The notes: a model not told the origin generated them from the letters alone. A DNA stretch of 64,000 nt from Veleropilina oligotropha (GCA_048128005.1 JBEUKZ010000008.1:558001-622000), one strand, 5' to 3'; shown: positions 31,288 to 44,730, counted from the first letter of the stretch. Made by a program: numbers and translations.

Positions 31288-31578
31288 CGCTGTACACACG
31301 GTAACTTTTTGTAATACAATCACTACCCCGGGGGTCTGAACAGGTGCTGGGAGCCTTAATTTCCCTCGCCCCGCCCCTAGTCTAACTCCATAGTTCCCAC
31401 CAGTACAACCCTATCAGTTCTGAAATGGTGCTGGGCGCTGTATTTTCCCATTCTAAAAAGTCTACTGACCCCCCCTGCTGCTGAGTTGAGATCCATATTA
31501 ATTCTGAAAAAGTGCTGGGAGCCTTAATTTCCCTCGCCGCGCCCCCAGATAAAAGGTATGGTCACCCCCCCTGCTGCT
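31288..31578 (-). repeat. Right terminal inverted repeat of element 1
   Basis: Reverse complement of 15685-15975; ends ...CCCCCCCTGCTGCT. Confidence 0.95.
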
Positions 31579-31583
31579 ACTAA
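31579..31583 (+). other. Right 5-bp target-site duplication ACTAA
   Basis: Matches 15680-15684. Confidence 0.9.
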
Positions 31584-31844
31584 TGCGCCATAGGATGGTA
31601 ACATTAGCCAATCAATCTTCTTGCAAAAACAAGTATCTTGGTGCAGAATCGCTTTACACCGAGTTGTAGACAGACAGCACACAATATGAACAGATAACCA
31701 GAGGAGTCATTTTAACAATTCACAACACACGCACGCACATGTATATGTTTTGTGTGACCGGACACCATGTCCTGGGGAACACAGAGCCAAACACATGAGT
31801 TCAATCCAGTCATGCACCAGGAATTTTTTCTCATGTTGGCGAGG

Positions 31845-32095
31845 GGCCGCTTCGGCAGCGCAGTGGGTCGAGTGTCCACTCTAAATTCACTGGCTTGATT
31901 CCGCTAATGCGAACAGTAGTGGGTTCAATACCTGGCTGAGGCATTGACATTTGTTCAAGTTATGAATCACAGTTGTCCGTGACTGTCCGAAGAGGGCGGG
32001 TTTACCCGGGCGACCAGGGTTTCCTCCCGCGATAACACGGACATGTCCTGCCTTGAACGTCGATGTTGTAAATATACAGGACATTAAGCATCATT
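31845..32095 (+). mobile_element. SINE family copy with tRNA-like head
   Basis: A-box-like ggcagcgcagtgg and B-box-like ggttcaatacc, followed by the core shared with ~1345-1580. Confidence 0.65.
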
Positions 32096-32207
32096 CGTTC
32101 CTCACTTCCTTCATGTTGGCGAACGCGGGGTAATTCCGGCCATGGGGTAATTTGGACCACCTCGATATATAGCTTATACTACATGCGCAATGAACCATGT
32201 TAATATA

Positions 32208-32400
32208 CGAAGAGGTCCCCACCATCTGATCAGATAGAGACGTTAAACCGGTGTCTCCATAAAGTACATCTGATAAATATATACAATGTGTTCGTTAAGC
32301 TAATCTATGGTATTCAAAGAAAGTCTCGAAGAGGTCCCCACCGTCTGATCAGATAAAGACGTTAAACCGGTGTCTCCAGTAAAATACAACTGATAAATTG
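32208..32400 (+). repeat. ~119-bp-period imperfect direct duplication
   Basis: cgaagaggtccccacc.tctgatcagata.agacgttaaaccggtgtctcca at 32208 and 32327. Confidence 0.85.
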
Positions 32401-33396
32401 ACACAGTATTTTCGTAAATCTACTATATTCGAAGTAAATCTGTCAATTATGATCGACAAATCGTTTTATCTTGAGTTGGGTACAACGTAAACCTTTTATT
32501 ACATGAAAACATGTAGTAAATAGTGCCCGAAGTGCTAACTACTCAATCACCGAGACATCTGCATTAATATACGGACTTGTTCTGGCATGGTCCCAAAGTA
32601 TGTTCAATGAGGTATTAAGCGCCAATTCAAACCGAAGTAAAAACTTAATTGCTCCCCTGTTAGCTAATACTATTTATTAGGCCTAAAAATTTGGTACGAA
32701 TGCCTTGTTATGATGATGATGGCTTTGTCGTAGACTAGAACGTTTGTTTCGCGGATCATCTTTCTTTTCCCTTAATTTAGGTATTTTATAATTCGGTCTT
32801 CTAATATCATGAGTTACTGCTTATTAAATCGTGATTCTATTGTTTCATTCGGCGGTAATTAGCCTGTATGCATACTAGGGGTAATTAACATGCGTCACGA
32901 ATATATTAAGATGCAATCAGATGTCAATCATTCTTACTATGCACACAATTCGGGACATAAACGGAATGCATTTGCCAACACACCATCTGCTGGATCAGGT
33001 AAGAGCCTTTGATAGATATCACGTGTATTTCCTCAAACTTTTGAAGATATATTTATATTTTAATTATTGAAAGTGATATTTAAAAAATGCAATTTTATTT
33101 TAAAGCAACAACTACTCTTTACTGGTATCTGTTTATTTTATTTTCTTCTGGCATTTTCATCTATCAGGTGCACGTAACCGATTTCGATCTTCTATGGATA
33201 TTTCAGGGATATCCCAATTAAATTATCTATCTTTAGGTTCATCGCGTCATTAACACTTTAAGGATGATGAATCCGAACCAGTTTCATAAACTGGTCAATT
33301 AATATGAAACTTTGCATGAAGTTATGACATTTTAGAGATCAACATAACTAAATATAAAATTTAAGATATAGTAAAAAATGTTGTTAATGTCGATAT

Positions 33397-34866
33397 TTAT
33401 GGTGGCTGATTTATGCCATGTCGTCTTGTCGTCTTGGCGGGGCGCCAAGACGACAAGACGACAGGACGACAAGACGACAAAATACCGCGCCAAAACGACA
33501 AGACGACATTCTAACGCGAAAAGACGACAACGTGAGCGCGCCAGAACGACAAAACGACAGGCTATAATTGTCGTCTTTTCGCCCTAGAATGTCGTCTTTT
33601 CGCGTTAAAATGTCGTCTTTTCGTCTTGTCGTCCTGTTGTCTTTTCGTCTTGTCGTCTTTTCGTCTTGTCGTCTTGTCGTCTTTTCGTCTTGTCGTCTTT
33701 TCGTCTTGTCGTCTTTTCGTCTTGTCGTCTTTTCGTCTTGTCGTCTTTTCGTCTTGTCGTCCTGTCGTCTTGTCGTCCTGTCGTCTTGTCGTCTTTTCGT
33801 CTTGTCGTCTTTTCGTCTTGTCGTCTTTTCGTCTTGTCGTCTTTTCGTCTTGTCGTCTTTTCGTCTTGTCGTCTTGTCGTCTTGTCGTCTTGTCGTCTTT
33901 TCGTCTTGTCGTCTTGTCGTCTTTTCGTCTTGTCGTCTTTTCGTCTTGTCGTCTTTTCGTCTTTTCGTCTTGTCGTCTTGTCGTCCTGTCGTCTTGTCGT
34001 CCTGTCGTCTTTTCGCCTTATGTTTATTTTGTCTCTGCAGCGACATGCGCTAACGGTTTGAAAGCTGATACACACATTTACTTGTCAGCTTTGCGGCGCA
34101 CGTGCGTGTCTGAATAGTTATTTTCGTTTGGCGTTGCGTGTGATAGGCTGCGAGCATGTATCATTGTCAAACAGTAATATACCAGAAACTTATACAAACT
34201 TGTTAGATGAAATACATATACCCAGATGCACACCCAGATATTATAGATACTCAACCAAAAGAGAAACGCACGCCTCTCTTTCTTACAATTTAACTACGTT
34301 AACAATTGGCGAAAATTTAATACACGAAAGCATTTCGGAGCCGCAAATTTCTTTTCTTCCTTAATGAATTAAATGAAAGATAATTATTCTCTGCCAAAGA
34401 AATTTGCGGGCGATATTAAAATTCAGACCTTCCTCACGTGCGCGCGTCTGTATGCCCGTGTAAATTAAATTAGCAAAGGCATCTGTTAACTAACAGCTTA
34501 ATATATCCAAATTTCGTAAATATATTTTTAGCTGTTTATGATATACGCTCCGGAAAAGACAATTTGCACGGGCGAACGGACACGCGCACGCACGGGCAGT
34601 CTGCATTTTAATATCCCCCGCATATTTATTTTTGCATGGAATAATTATCGGTCATTTAAGTAATTAATGCATGAAAAACAGTTAGCTTCTCGGAAATGTT
34701 TTCTTGCATTATATGTTTTGAAAATTGTTAACCTTGTGAAATGAAATAAAAGTAGGGTTTTTGTTTCGGCACGTCGATTTACCCCAATCGACCCCAATCG
34801 ACCCCAATCGACCCCAATCGAACCCCAATCGAACCCCAATCGACCCCAATCGAACCCCAATCGACC
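33397..34866 (+). repeat. Arm A (left) of a long inverted repeat; contains (TCGTCTTG/TCGTCTTT)n and (CCCCAATCGA)n arrays
   Basis: Near-identical reverse complement at 40604-42098. Confidence 0.9.
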
Positions 34867-35563
34867 TCAAGTATGCAGCAACGTACCTATATCAACTATA
34901 ATATACATCGATAATGTAAATAATATGAATTATATTAATATTTTAGGCTTAATTGCAATTGCGTACTTCGTTTTTGAGTCCGTCGAAGTCGGGAGCGCAA
35001 ATGTTGAATTCAACTAAACGGCTTTAATTAATAAAAAAAAATGCTACTTTCAACATTGTCTCGAATGCAAACTATTAGACTGCAGTTTAACAAAAGAACT
35101 TATGTATACGTTAAACAGATAAAACTTATTTCGTCATGCGTATAATATTTATCAATAATGATGTCGTTTTGTGCCTGGTGAACACGTCATTGATCATACT
35201 TTGTGCTCGTCGGCGTATTTAGACTGTTGTGTAGAAAACTACTAAAACCTCCATGTCTTATATATTTGCCCATGACGCGGCTTCAAGCCCAGATCGGGCA
35301 TTCATTTGTATTACTATAATTTAGGCAAGACGCCATATATATAAGGCTCGGTTTCGAGATCAAAGGTTCACTTTCTGCTTCCTCATACTTTGTGCTCGTC
35401 GGCATACGCCATATAAGGCTCGGTTTCGAGATCAGAGGTTGGCACATCTCCAACGGTCGAACTCCAGTCAAAACAATCGCATAACATTAAGCAACTTGCT
35501 TGAACTAAACTTTGTTGATAGTTAAGTAGATATATTGATACTTCTCAGAGAAATAAAGTAATG

Positions 35564-36143
35564 TACGGAAGCGTATTAAGGACACCAGTAACGACTGAAC
35601 TATATTGTTATTACAATTTAGCTAAATTGTAATTACAATTTACTAAATTGTTATTACAATTTAGCTAAATTGTTACTAGTATTACAATTTAGTAAATTGT
35701 TATAACAATTTAGCTAAATTGTAATTACAATTTAGTTAAATTGTTATTACAATTTAGTAAATTGTTATTACAATTTAGTAAATTGCTTTATATTTATACT
35801 CATGCTTGAATATTTTAATTAATTTCTTAATGCGCCGCTCCGTTTGGCGAGTGGATTTATATGTGTGTGTATATTTTAATTAATTTCGTAATACGCCGCT
35901 CTGGTAGGCGAGTGGATAAGACTCCGAATTCACTCGCTTGATTGCTCTGTCAAACATGAGTGGGTTTGAAACACGTTTGACGCCTTTTGGGCTATGGCAT
36001 TCTACGTTCTGTTACGATATCAGTCAAAGTTGTCCATAACTGATCGGATTTGACGGGTTTTCACGGGCGACCGGGCTTTCCTCTCGTTATAATATGGACA
36101 TGTTCTGATAGGGCGTTAAAATCAGGACCGTAAGCATCATGTT
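35564..36143 (+). repeat. Arm B (left): palindromic 21-22-bp satellite plus SINE-derived segment
   Basis: Reverse complement at 39099-40271; satellite unit ttacaatttagctaaattgtaa. Confidence 0.9.
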
Positions 36144-37369
36144 TGAAATCCAAATATTAGGTATTGAAATTGTAAATGTAACATATAGCGTGCTATAATG
36201 AAAACATTAACAAAGCTGAAATTGTTAGTGAAACTTAGATTAAATTGTATGTGTGAGCAAGCTTGTGTGTGTGTTTTAATTAATATCTTCAGGCGCCGCG
36301 CCGGTCGCCGAGTGGATAAGATTGTGGTCTCTGAATTCATTTACTTGACAGTAATACGTTAGAACCTCGGTTGGTAACCATGGGACAATGACATTCTTCG
36401 TTGCGTAGATAGTCACAGTTGTCCATAAATGACCGGATAATGTGGGTGTTTCCTTGCGACATGATTTTTCTCCCGCGATAATATAGACATGTCCAGATGG
36501 AAATGAACTTTTCTTGACATGCATGATCTAGACTATCAGTAAATACAAGACGGCAAATTATTGGTAAGCATTACGCACAGCTAGATTGAACATTAACAAC
36601 GAGGTTGTTGATCGACTTGTGAATAAGAACCGGTGAGGGAAAGAATGAAAGAAAAGTCTTGAAAACCAAGGAAGATCAATGCCCGTGGTTCTCTGTGTAA
36701 TGAGACATATTACCATGAGGCGATCCATGCAATCGAACTTTTATAGGAACACCTGTGATAGGTGGGAAGTGACGTTTTCCATACCGGAAAGTTGGACCTC
36801 ATTACAATACCTGGCAGGGCAGATGTAAAAGTTTTAAAATGTGGCGGTCAACTTTATTAAGAAATATACTATAAAGTGTTCGCTTGGGGATGTCGCCCCA
36901 CGAGGAGGAAAATTTTGACAATTAACGGTATGAAACCCTTTCACCTGCATTAGGACAGTGCAAAGCGCTATATTTCTTACCATCAAAATTATGACTTGTA
37001 AAAAAAGTGGTTGTTCGGACCCATTTCTCCCACCCCCCCACCCCCACCCCGGGGGGTTTTAAGGCTACAAATGCGATGTTTTTAGCGTGCCATCTTACAT
37101 CCTTTTCATCGTAAGTGTATTAGAAAACTTTAGGATGGGGCGCCCTTATTTTGCGTCACCCTCATGTAAAGGACATTTAGCACAGAGGCAACGAAAACCA
37201 AACGAATCATTTTCAAATACTAGTATAATGTGTATTATCATTCATTGCAAAAGAGTCCTTCTTTTTGCCGTGTTCTCAGAAAAAACAACATATTATGATT
37301 TGCCTTTAAATTTATTAATATGAATTGAGAGACATTAATGGTTTTGTTAATTAACAATCATGTAATCGA

Positions 37370-38584
37370 CATTTGGCTTCACTGCATCATCCAGAGAGGA
37401 GCTGAGAAGGAAGCTAGAGGAGTATCGGAGGTGCCTTGTCTGCAATGGGCTGAAAGTGATGGTTAGTAGTGATGCCAGTGGAGCGGTATCCGAGTCAGGT
37501 GCATGTTCACATGGAGTGTGTGCAAGTGAGGTAGCCGCCAACTCGCTAAGGTGTACGGCATGCGGAAAGTGGGTCCACAAGAGTTGTAGTGGGGTCAAAG
37601 GACGCCTGTATTGCGACGTTCGTGTGCAGGAGATGTAAGGAGACGTTCCACTGGTGGATGAGGAGGGACTGGAGATGGAGGTGATGGGTATGAAAAAACG
37701 AAATGAAGGATCGATGCTTAATGTCCTGTATATTATATTTCCAACCATAATTTGGTTCAAGCAGGACATGTCCATATTGTCGCGGGAGGAAATCCCGAGG
37801 AAACTCGCCCTCTGACCAGTTATGGACAACTGTGATTCATAACTTGAGCAAATGTATGATGTCCCAGCCGAAGTTTGAACCCACTAATGTTCGCGTCAGC
37901 GGAATCAAGCCAGTGATTTTTCCGAGTCCACAACTGAAACCATACAGCTGTCGTACCGACCATTGTGATGGGTATGGGGTGGTGGACCGGTTATTTTACC
38001 TGGGCGATATGCTGAGTGTGTGTGTGATGTGTGAGGGAGGGGATGGGTGGGCCCAGCGGTGACGGCGAGAGTGAGGTGTGCGTGGAAGAGGTTCAGAGAG
38101 TTGCCACCATTCCTAACACCAAAGGTGCCACCCCTGAAGATGAAGGGCCAAGTGTAGGCCTACACGGCATGTGTCAGATGTTGCCTGCTTTACGGTTGCG
38201 ACCCATTGGCCACGAGGGTAGACCATGACATGAAATTGGAAAGAATGTGCATGAGCATGATCAGGTGGATGTATGACGTGTCTATGTGGGACATACTGAC
38301 TAGTGAGGCATTGGGAAGACGGCGTGATGGTTGTTGGTGACGTTGTGAAGAGGAGTAGACTGAGATGGTCTGGAGCGGAAGGACAACGCCGACTGACTGA
38401 ACCATGTTTTTCTTGGATGGGCGACCTCCTGACGACAGACCAATGAAAATCTGACAGCACGCTCTGTCCATCAGCATGCGACAGATGGGAGGGGGGTCCC
38501 CAGGACAGAGCCAGATGGAGAGGAGCCATAGGAAGGACTGCCGTTCTTGGAAACTCGCCATATTATCCGACATGTTGATGATGA
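37370..38584 (+). mobile_element. Degenerate RTE/BovB-like LINE 3' fragment with an inverted SINE inserted at ~37706-37950
   Basis: Translations NSLRCTACGKWVHKSCSGVKGRL, FYLGDML and TARVRCAWKRFREL; (TGA)n-like tail at ~38576-38584. Confidence 0.7.
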
Positions 38585-38651
38585 CTGCACATTTCCGTCA
38601 AATACAAAGATGTGTGAAAGGTTTGCGCAACTGTCGTAATTAGGCATAACT

Positions 38652-38966
38652 GGTTTGACTCATAAAAAGTCAATCAGCGCTCAAGAAATACATATTGAAT
38701 TGATAAATGTTGAATTGACACTAGAAGGAACCACTGTAAAATATATATTGACTTTCATTTCAAGGGCAATCCGTTGGCAGGAGGGGGGGGGGGGTGACTT
38801 AACCTCTCGAAGGTTTGACTCATGAAAAGTCAATCAGCGCTCAAGAAATACATATTGAATTGATAAATGTTGAATTGACACTAGAACGAACCACTGTAAA
38901 ATATATATTGACTTTCATTTCAAGGGCAATCCGTTGGCAAGATGGGAGGTTGACCTAACCCCTCGA
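38652..38966 (+). repeat. 160-bp tandem duplication
   Basis: ggtttgactcat.aaaagtcaatcagcgc at 38652 and 38812. Confidence 0.9.
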
Positions 38967-39098
38967 ACACCCCCCCCCCGGCAACGGCCCTGCTTATGAA
39001 GAGTTAACGGGTAGATGTTGTCTAGAGTGGTGTTGATACTCTAAGTGCATGCGTTGATGTAAGCGTTAATTTGAGAATTGTGTGAATCACATTGCTTG

Positions 39099-40271
39099 AA
39101 CATGATGCTTACGGTCCTGATTTTAACGCCCTATCAGAACATGTCCATATTATAACGAGAGGAAAGCCCGGTCGCCCGTGAAAACCCGTCAAATCCGATC
39201 AGTTATGGACAACTTTGACTGATATCGTAACAGAACGTAGAATGCCATAGCCCAAAAGGCGTCAAACGTGGTTCAAACCCACTCATGTTTGACAGAGCAA
39301 TCAAGCGAGTGAATTCGGAGTCTTATCCACTCGCCTACCAGAGCGGCGTATTACGAAATTAATTAAAATATACACACACATATAAATCCACTCGCCAAAC
39401 GGAGCGGCGCATTAAGAAATTAATTAAAATATTCAAGCATGTATAAATATAAAGCAATTTACTAAATTGTAATTACAATTTAGCTAAATTGTAATTACAA
39501 TTTAGCTAAATTGTTATAACAATTTACTAAATTGTAATAACAATTTAGCTAAATTGTAATAACAATTTAGTAAATTGTAATATCAGAACATGTCCATATT
39601 ATAACGAGAGGAAAGCCCGGTCGCCCGTGAAAACCCGTCAAATCCGATCAGTTATGGACAACTTTGACTGATATCGTAACAGAACGTAGAATGCCATAGC
39701 CCAAAAGGCGTCAAACGTGGTTCAAACCCACTCATGTTTGACAGAGCAATCAAGCGAGTGAATTCGGAGTCTTATCCACTCGCCTACCAGAGCGGCGTAT
39801 TACGAAATTAATTAAAATATACACACACATATAAATCCACTCGCCAAACGGAGCGGCGCATTAAGAAATTAATTAAAATATTCAAGCATGTATAAATATA
39901 AAGCAATTTACTAAATTGTAATTACAATTTAGCTAAATTGTAATTACAATTTAGCTAAATTGTTATAACAATTTACTAAATTGTAATAACAATTTAGCTA
40001 AATTGTAATTACAATTTAGCTAAATTGTAATAACAATTTAGTAAATTGTAATTACAATTTAGCTAAATTGTAATTTCAATTTAGCTAAATTGTAATAACA
40101 ATTTAGTAAATTGTAATTACAATTTAGCTAAATTGTAATAACAATTTAGTAAATTGTAATTACAATTTAGCTAAATTGTAATAACAATTTAGTAAATTGT
40201 TATAACAATTTAGCTAAATTGTAATAACAATATAGTTCAGTCGTTACTGGTGTCCTTAATACGCTTCCGTA
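39099..40271 (-). repeat. Arm B (right), with an internal 449-bp tandem duplication and an expanded satellite
   Basis: tatcagaacatgtcc starts at both 39132 and 39581; ends ...acgcttccgta. Confidence 0.9.
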
Positions 40272-40603
40272 GTAATGAACTATGAAATATGGTTTGAAGT
40301 TTACAACGATTATCCTTTCGCGATTTGCGCACACAACGGAACCGACAAGGACACTATTTAGCGCAATAATAATAATTATTACAAAATAAAGATAACATAA
40401 TTCATTATATATTTGTATTGTTTATCATATTTGCATGCTACCAGTTGGATTTAGTTCGTGTAATTAGAACCGTTTCGCGAATTCAATATTTGTGATCCCG
40501 ACTTCCGCGAACTAAAAAACGATGTACGCAATTGCAATTGGGCCTAATATAATTAAATAAATCATAATGTGCACATTATGGATGTATATTATAGTTGCCA
40601 GGC

Positions 40604-42098
40604 GGTCGATTGGGGTTCGATTGGGGTTCGATTGGGGTTCGATTGGGGTCGATTGGGGTCGATTGGGGTAAATCGACGTGCCGAAACAAAAACCCTACTT
40701 TTATTTCATTTCACAGGGTTAACAATTTGCAAAACATATAATGCAAGAAAACATTTCCGAGAAGCTAACTGTTTTTCATGCATTAATTACTTAAATGACC
40801 GATAATTATTCCATGCAAAAATAAATATGCGGGGGATATTAAAATGCAGACTGCCCGTGCGTGCGCGTGTCCGTTCGCCCGTGCAAATTGTCTTTTCCGG
40901 AGCGTATCTCATAAACAGCTAAAAATATATTTACGAAATTTGGATATATTAAGCTGTTAGTTAACAGATGCCTTTGCTAATTTAATTTACACGGGCATAC
41001 AGACGCGCGCACGCGAGGAAGGTCTGAATTTTAATATCGCCCGCAAATTTCTTTGGCAGAGAATAATTATCTTTCATTTAATTCATTAAGGAAGAAAAGA
41101 AATTTGCGGCTCCGAAATGCTTTCGTGTATTAAATTTTCGCCAATTGTTAACGTAGTTAAATTGTAAGAAAGAGAGGCGTGCGTTTCTCTTTTTGGTTGA
41201 GTATCTATAATATCTGGGTGTATGTATTTCATCTAACAAGTTTGTATAAGTTTCTGGTATATTACTGTTTGACAATGATCGTCATATTTACTGCAGATAC
41301 ATGCTCGCAGCCTATCACACGCAACGCCAAACGAAAATAACTATTCAGACACGCACGTGCGCCGCAAAGCTGACAAGTAAATGTGTGTATCAGCTTTCAA
41401 ACCGTTAGCGCATGTCGCTGCAGAGACAAAATAAACATAAGGCGAAAAGACGACAGGACGACAAGACGACAGGACGACAAGACGAAAAGACGAAAAGACG
41501 ACAAGACGAAAAGACGACAAGACGAAAAGACGACAAGACGAAAAGACGACAAGACGAAAAGACGAAAAGACGACAAGACGACAAGACGAAAAGACGACAA
41601 GACGAAAAGACGACAAGACGAAAAGACGACAAGACGAAAAGACGACAAGACGAAAAGACGACAAGACGAAAAGACGACAAGAAAAGACGACAAGACGAAA
41701 AGACGACAAGACGACAGGACGACAAGACGAAAAGACAACAAGACGAAAAGACGAAAAGACGACAAGACGAAAAGACGAAAAGACGACAAGACGACAGGAC
41801 GAAAAGACGAAAAGACGACAAGACGAAAAGACGACAAGACGAAAAGACGACATTTTAACGCGAAAAGACGACATTCTAGGGCGAAAAGACGACAATTATA
41901 GCCTGTCGTTTTGTCGTTCTGGCGCGCTCACGTTGTCGTCTTTTCGCGTTAGAATGTCGTCTTGTCGTCTTGTCGTCTTGTCGTCCTGTCGTTTTGGCGC
42001 GGTATTTTGTCGTCTTGTCGTCTTGTCGTCCTGTCGTCTTGTCGTCTTGGCGCCCCGCTAAGACGACAAGACGACATGGCATAAATCAGCCACCATAG
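40604..42098 (-). repeat. Arm A (right) of the long inverted repeat, ending ...CACCATAG
   Basis: Reverse complement of 33397-34866 with small indels and different array lengths. Confidence 0.9.
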
Positions 42099-42362
42099 AT
42101 ATTGAATAAAAGGCGCCCACTTTTTATTCAATATCGACATTTACAACATTTTTTTAGATATGTTAATATCTAAACAATCGTAATTTTATGCAAAGAACAC
42201 ATAGGGAAAGTATCAGATTATTTGACGTTAAATCACATTTTACTTGACTGATTCGGGTTCAGCATTGTTAACGTTTTCATTAGATGCAAAATATTAATAT
42301 CATTAGCTGGATATAACAGTACTGTATATGTTGTTATTGTCAAGCACCATATTTCAGTGTTT

Positions 42363-44038
42363 TAGGGACTGGTCCTTTATTATTGGGGGTGGCGGTGGAA
42401 ATGGTATACTGATTGTGTCAAAAGGCATGGCCCACCCCAAATATTTCATGACACACCCCGGACCGTGTGTCCTTTTTTCAAGACTCACCCCCAAGGATGA
42501 ATTTGGGGTGCATATGTGGATTCTGAATTTAAAAGGGGGTCCAACTTTTAGAATATAATCTTAATTGTCCGCACATCTGAAAACTGTGTGAAACTCTGTC
42601 CTGCATTTTGAGGGGGATGAACAGAAATGTATATTTTACAAAACATTTATTGCTGAAATGCAATAATATCTTAAACAAAATGACACCATTTTAAGCTAGA
42701 TACCAAGCCATAAAGTCAGCTTTATATATTAACCAACGTATAAATTTCAAAATCCGTATTAAGATTTTAAGTACCGGTACCATATATAAATACATTCAAA
42801 CTACATGGCAACGTTGTTGGGATGATCGCGCTGAAAATAAACTGTAGAATGTCCAGAATCTTCTTGGTGAGTGGGGCCTCCTGTTACAGGTTCCTGCGCC
42901 GTGAAGAGGTCGTCTTGGTCAGATCGAGAATTGGACATTAGCACTTTTCTCACTTCTACTTGCTTAAAGGGGAGCCACCTCCTGAGTGTATTCCTTTGGC
43001 TACTGACCTAGCGGTCAAACATATGTTATTGGACTGCGTTGATTTGGACCCAATGTGTCCAAAATATTTTAGGGCATTCTCACTTCAGGAACTATTTAGT
43101 AATATTACAAATAACCCTTTAGTTTTACTAATCTGCTGGCGAATTTTTTTAGAGAAAATTTATATTTATATTGATTTCCTTGATGTCTCATATGTAGCAA
43201 TTAATACTGTTTCAAGTGGCTTGACCCGATTATGACTGATATATTGTTGGCGTGGTCGTAAAACACTCCATCTATTCTATTCAAATAGCCTGCATTTTTG
43301 AGAGTGCAAACGTGGTATATTGGGCCAACATTTATGAACCATGAGTTTTACAGAATGCTGTGTGATTATTTCATGACCCGCCCCTAAAACCTTTATCATT
43401 TTGAAAAGGGGTAGGATCCAACTGTTACAATTTGTTATGAACTCTCAGCGTGGGTCCGCTCCCTCCACGCGCAGAGGAAAATTTGGACAGTTAGCCGTGT
43501 GAAACCCTTTCTCCTGCATTCTGAGAGTGTAAACCAGCAACATTTATGAATCACTATCAACTATATGAATATATCACAAAATGGGACATACCATCAAACT
43601 TTTTTGACAATTAAATGTGAAACCCACTATCCTGCATTCTTTTTACAACCTTTAGGGATAATTTTCACCAAAATAGTACATATCGTTTTGTAGCTTTTCC
43701 TTGACCCATCACAAACACTTTTTTCTCATGACCCAGCTATAGTGTCATTTTGAAAAGGGTACTAGGGTTAAACCTTCACAACCTTTGATCAATTGTCTGC
43801 GTGGGATTGGGGTTCCTCGCAGAGGAAAACAAATGACAATTAACGGTGTGAAACACCCTCTCTTGCATTCTAATTATTACAAAATGTTGTATATTTCTTT
43901 CATTGGCCGCCCCCCAAACACTGTCTTTTTATTTTATGACCGACCCGTAAAGTCTTTGTCTTTTTCAAAAGCCTGTGTCTTTTTTTAATGATCCACCCAC
44001 CATTTTCACCGCCCCCTATATTAAATGACAGTCCCTTA
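42363..44038. mobile_element. Non-autonomous TIR element (AGGGAC termini, PIF/Harbinger-like)
   Basis: ttagggactggtc...ggggtggcggtggaaatgg pairs with ccattttcaccgcccc...gacagtccctta. Internal similarity to 12340-13183. Confidence 0.6.
42805..43250 (+). mobile_element. LINE 3' fragment (I/Nimb-like) nested in the TIR element
   Basis: RREEVVLVRSRIGH...LLKGEPPPEC...VKHMLLDC resembles the CCHC-containing ORF2 C-terminus. Confidence 0.6.
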
Positions 44039-44514
44039 CATAATGTTTTGGTGGACTGTACCCTATGCAAAATATATTTTATATTATTATTATAATATTT
44101 TGGACATTGTTCCTTTGGTAACATAGCAATGATATATGACTTTTGTAAGTGCATATTATTGTTGATTTGGTAGATCTGGTTTTGTATGACATATTAATCA
44201 TATAAACATTATAACTCTCGCCTCCATATTGTCACGTGACTTAATATAATGAGAAATTTATCATTCGTGTTTCATTGACATTTTGCAGTGTTCTGAATAG
44301 GTATTTTTAGGACTCAAACACATGACATGTTTTCATGCATCCTTGTGTGATAAAAGTAAACGAGTGTTTATATTCCATTGATCAAAAGCAAATAACGAAT
44401 AGACATTTCATAAACGTCTAATCTATCGAATGTATGAGAAGATCTTGATCTTCCTAAACTGGAAAATGTCATCAATGCTGTTTTGGTTTGTTTTGGATTG
44501 AAAGAAAGGAAAGG

Positions 44515-44730
44515 ATTGATGCTTAATGTCCTGTATATGTCCATATTATCGCGTGAGGAAAGCCCGGTCGCCCGGGTAAACCCGTCCTCTCGGACCAGTT
44601 ACGGACAACTGTGACTCATTTATAACTTGAACAAATAATGTCATGTCCCAACTACTGTTCGCTTCAGGGGAATCAAGCCAGTGATATTTCAGAGTCCACA
44701 ACCGAAACCACACGGCTGTCGGGGCGGCCT
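44515..44730 (-). mobile_element. SINE family copy (inverted)
   Basis: Reverse complement of the shared core and head. Confidence 0.65.

Larger units (their letters stand above)
15685..31578 (+). mobile_element. Element 1: complete endogenous Polinton/Maverick-type (adintovirus-like) DNA virus, 15,894 bp
   Basis: TIRs with AGCAGCAG...CTGCTGCT termini, a TSD, PolB-like, integrase, packaging ATPase and two capsid-like ORFs. It is sharply more GC-rich than its flanks. Confidence 0.93.

Noticed and set aside
15685..31578. Bacterial prophage or contaminating contig
   Set aside because: The element is bounded by TIRs and a TSD within eukaryotic repeats, and has a retroviral-type integrase and Kozak-like starts.
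31571..31584. Right terminus extended to ...CTGCTACT, or a 6-bp TSD
   Set aside because: The left end lacks the matching AGT and the 6-mers differ (AACTAA vs ACTAAT). The 5-bp ACTAA solution is exact.
33378..34117. Long ORFs of RRQDDKTT / SSCRLVV repeats (also 41341-42140)
   Set aside because: They arise from an 8-bp simple repeat that lacks stop codons and are open in several frames on both strands.
35605..35785. Possible CRISPR array (regular short palindromic repeats)
   Set aside because: The units are contiguous with no unique spacers, there are no cas genes, and the context is eukaryotic.
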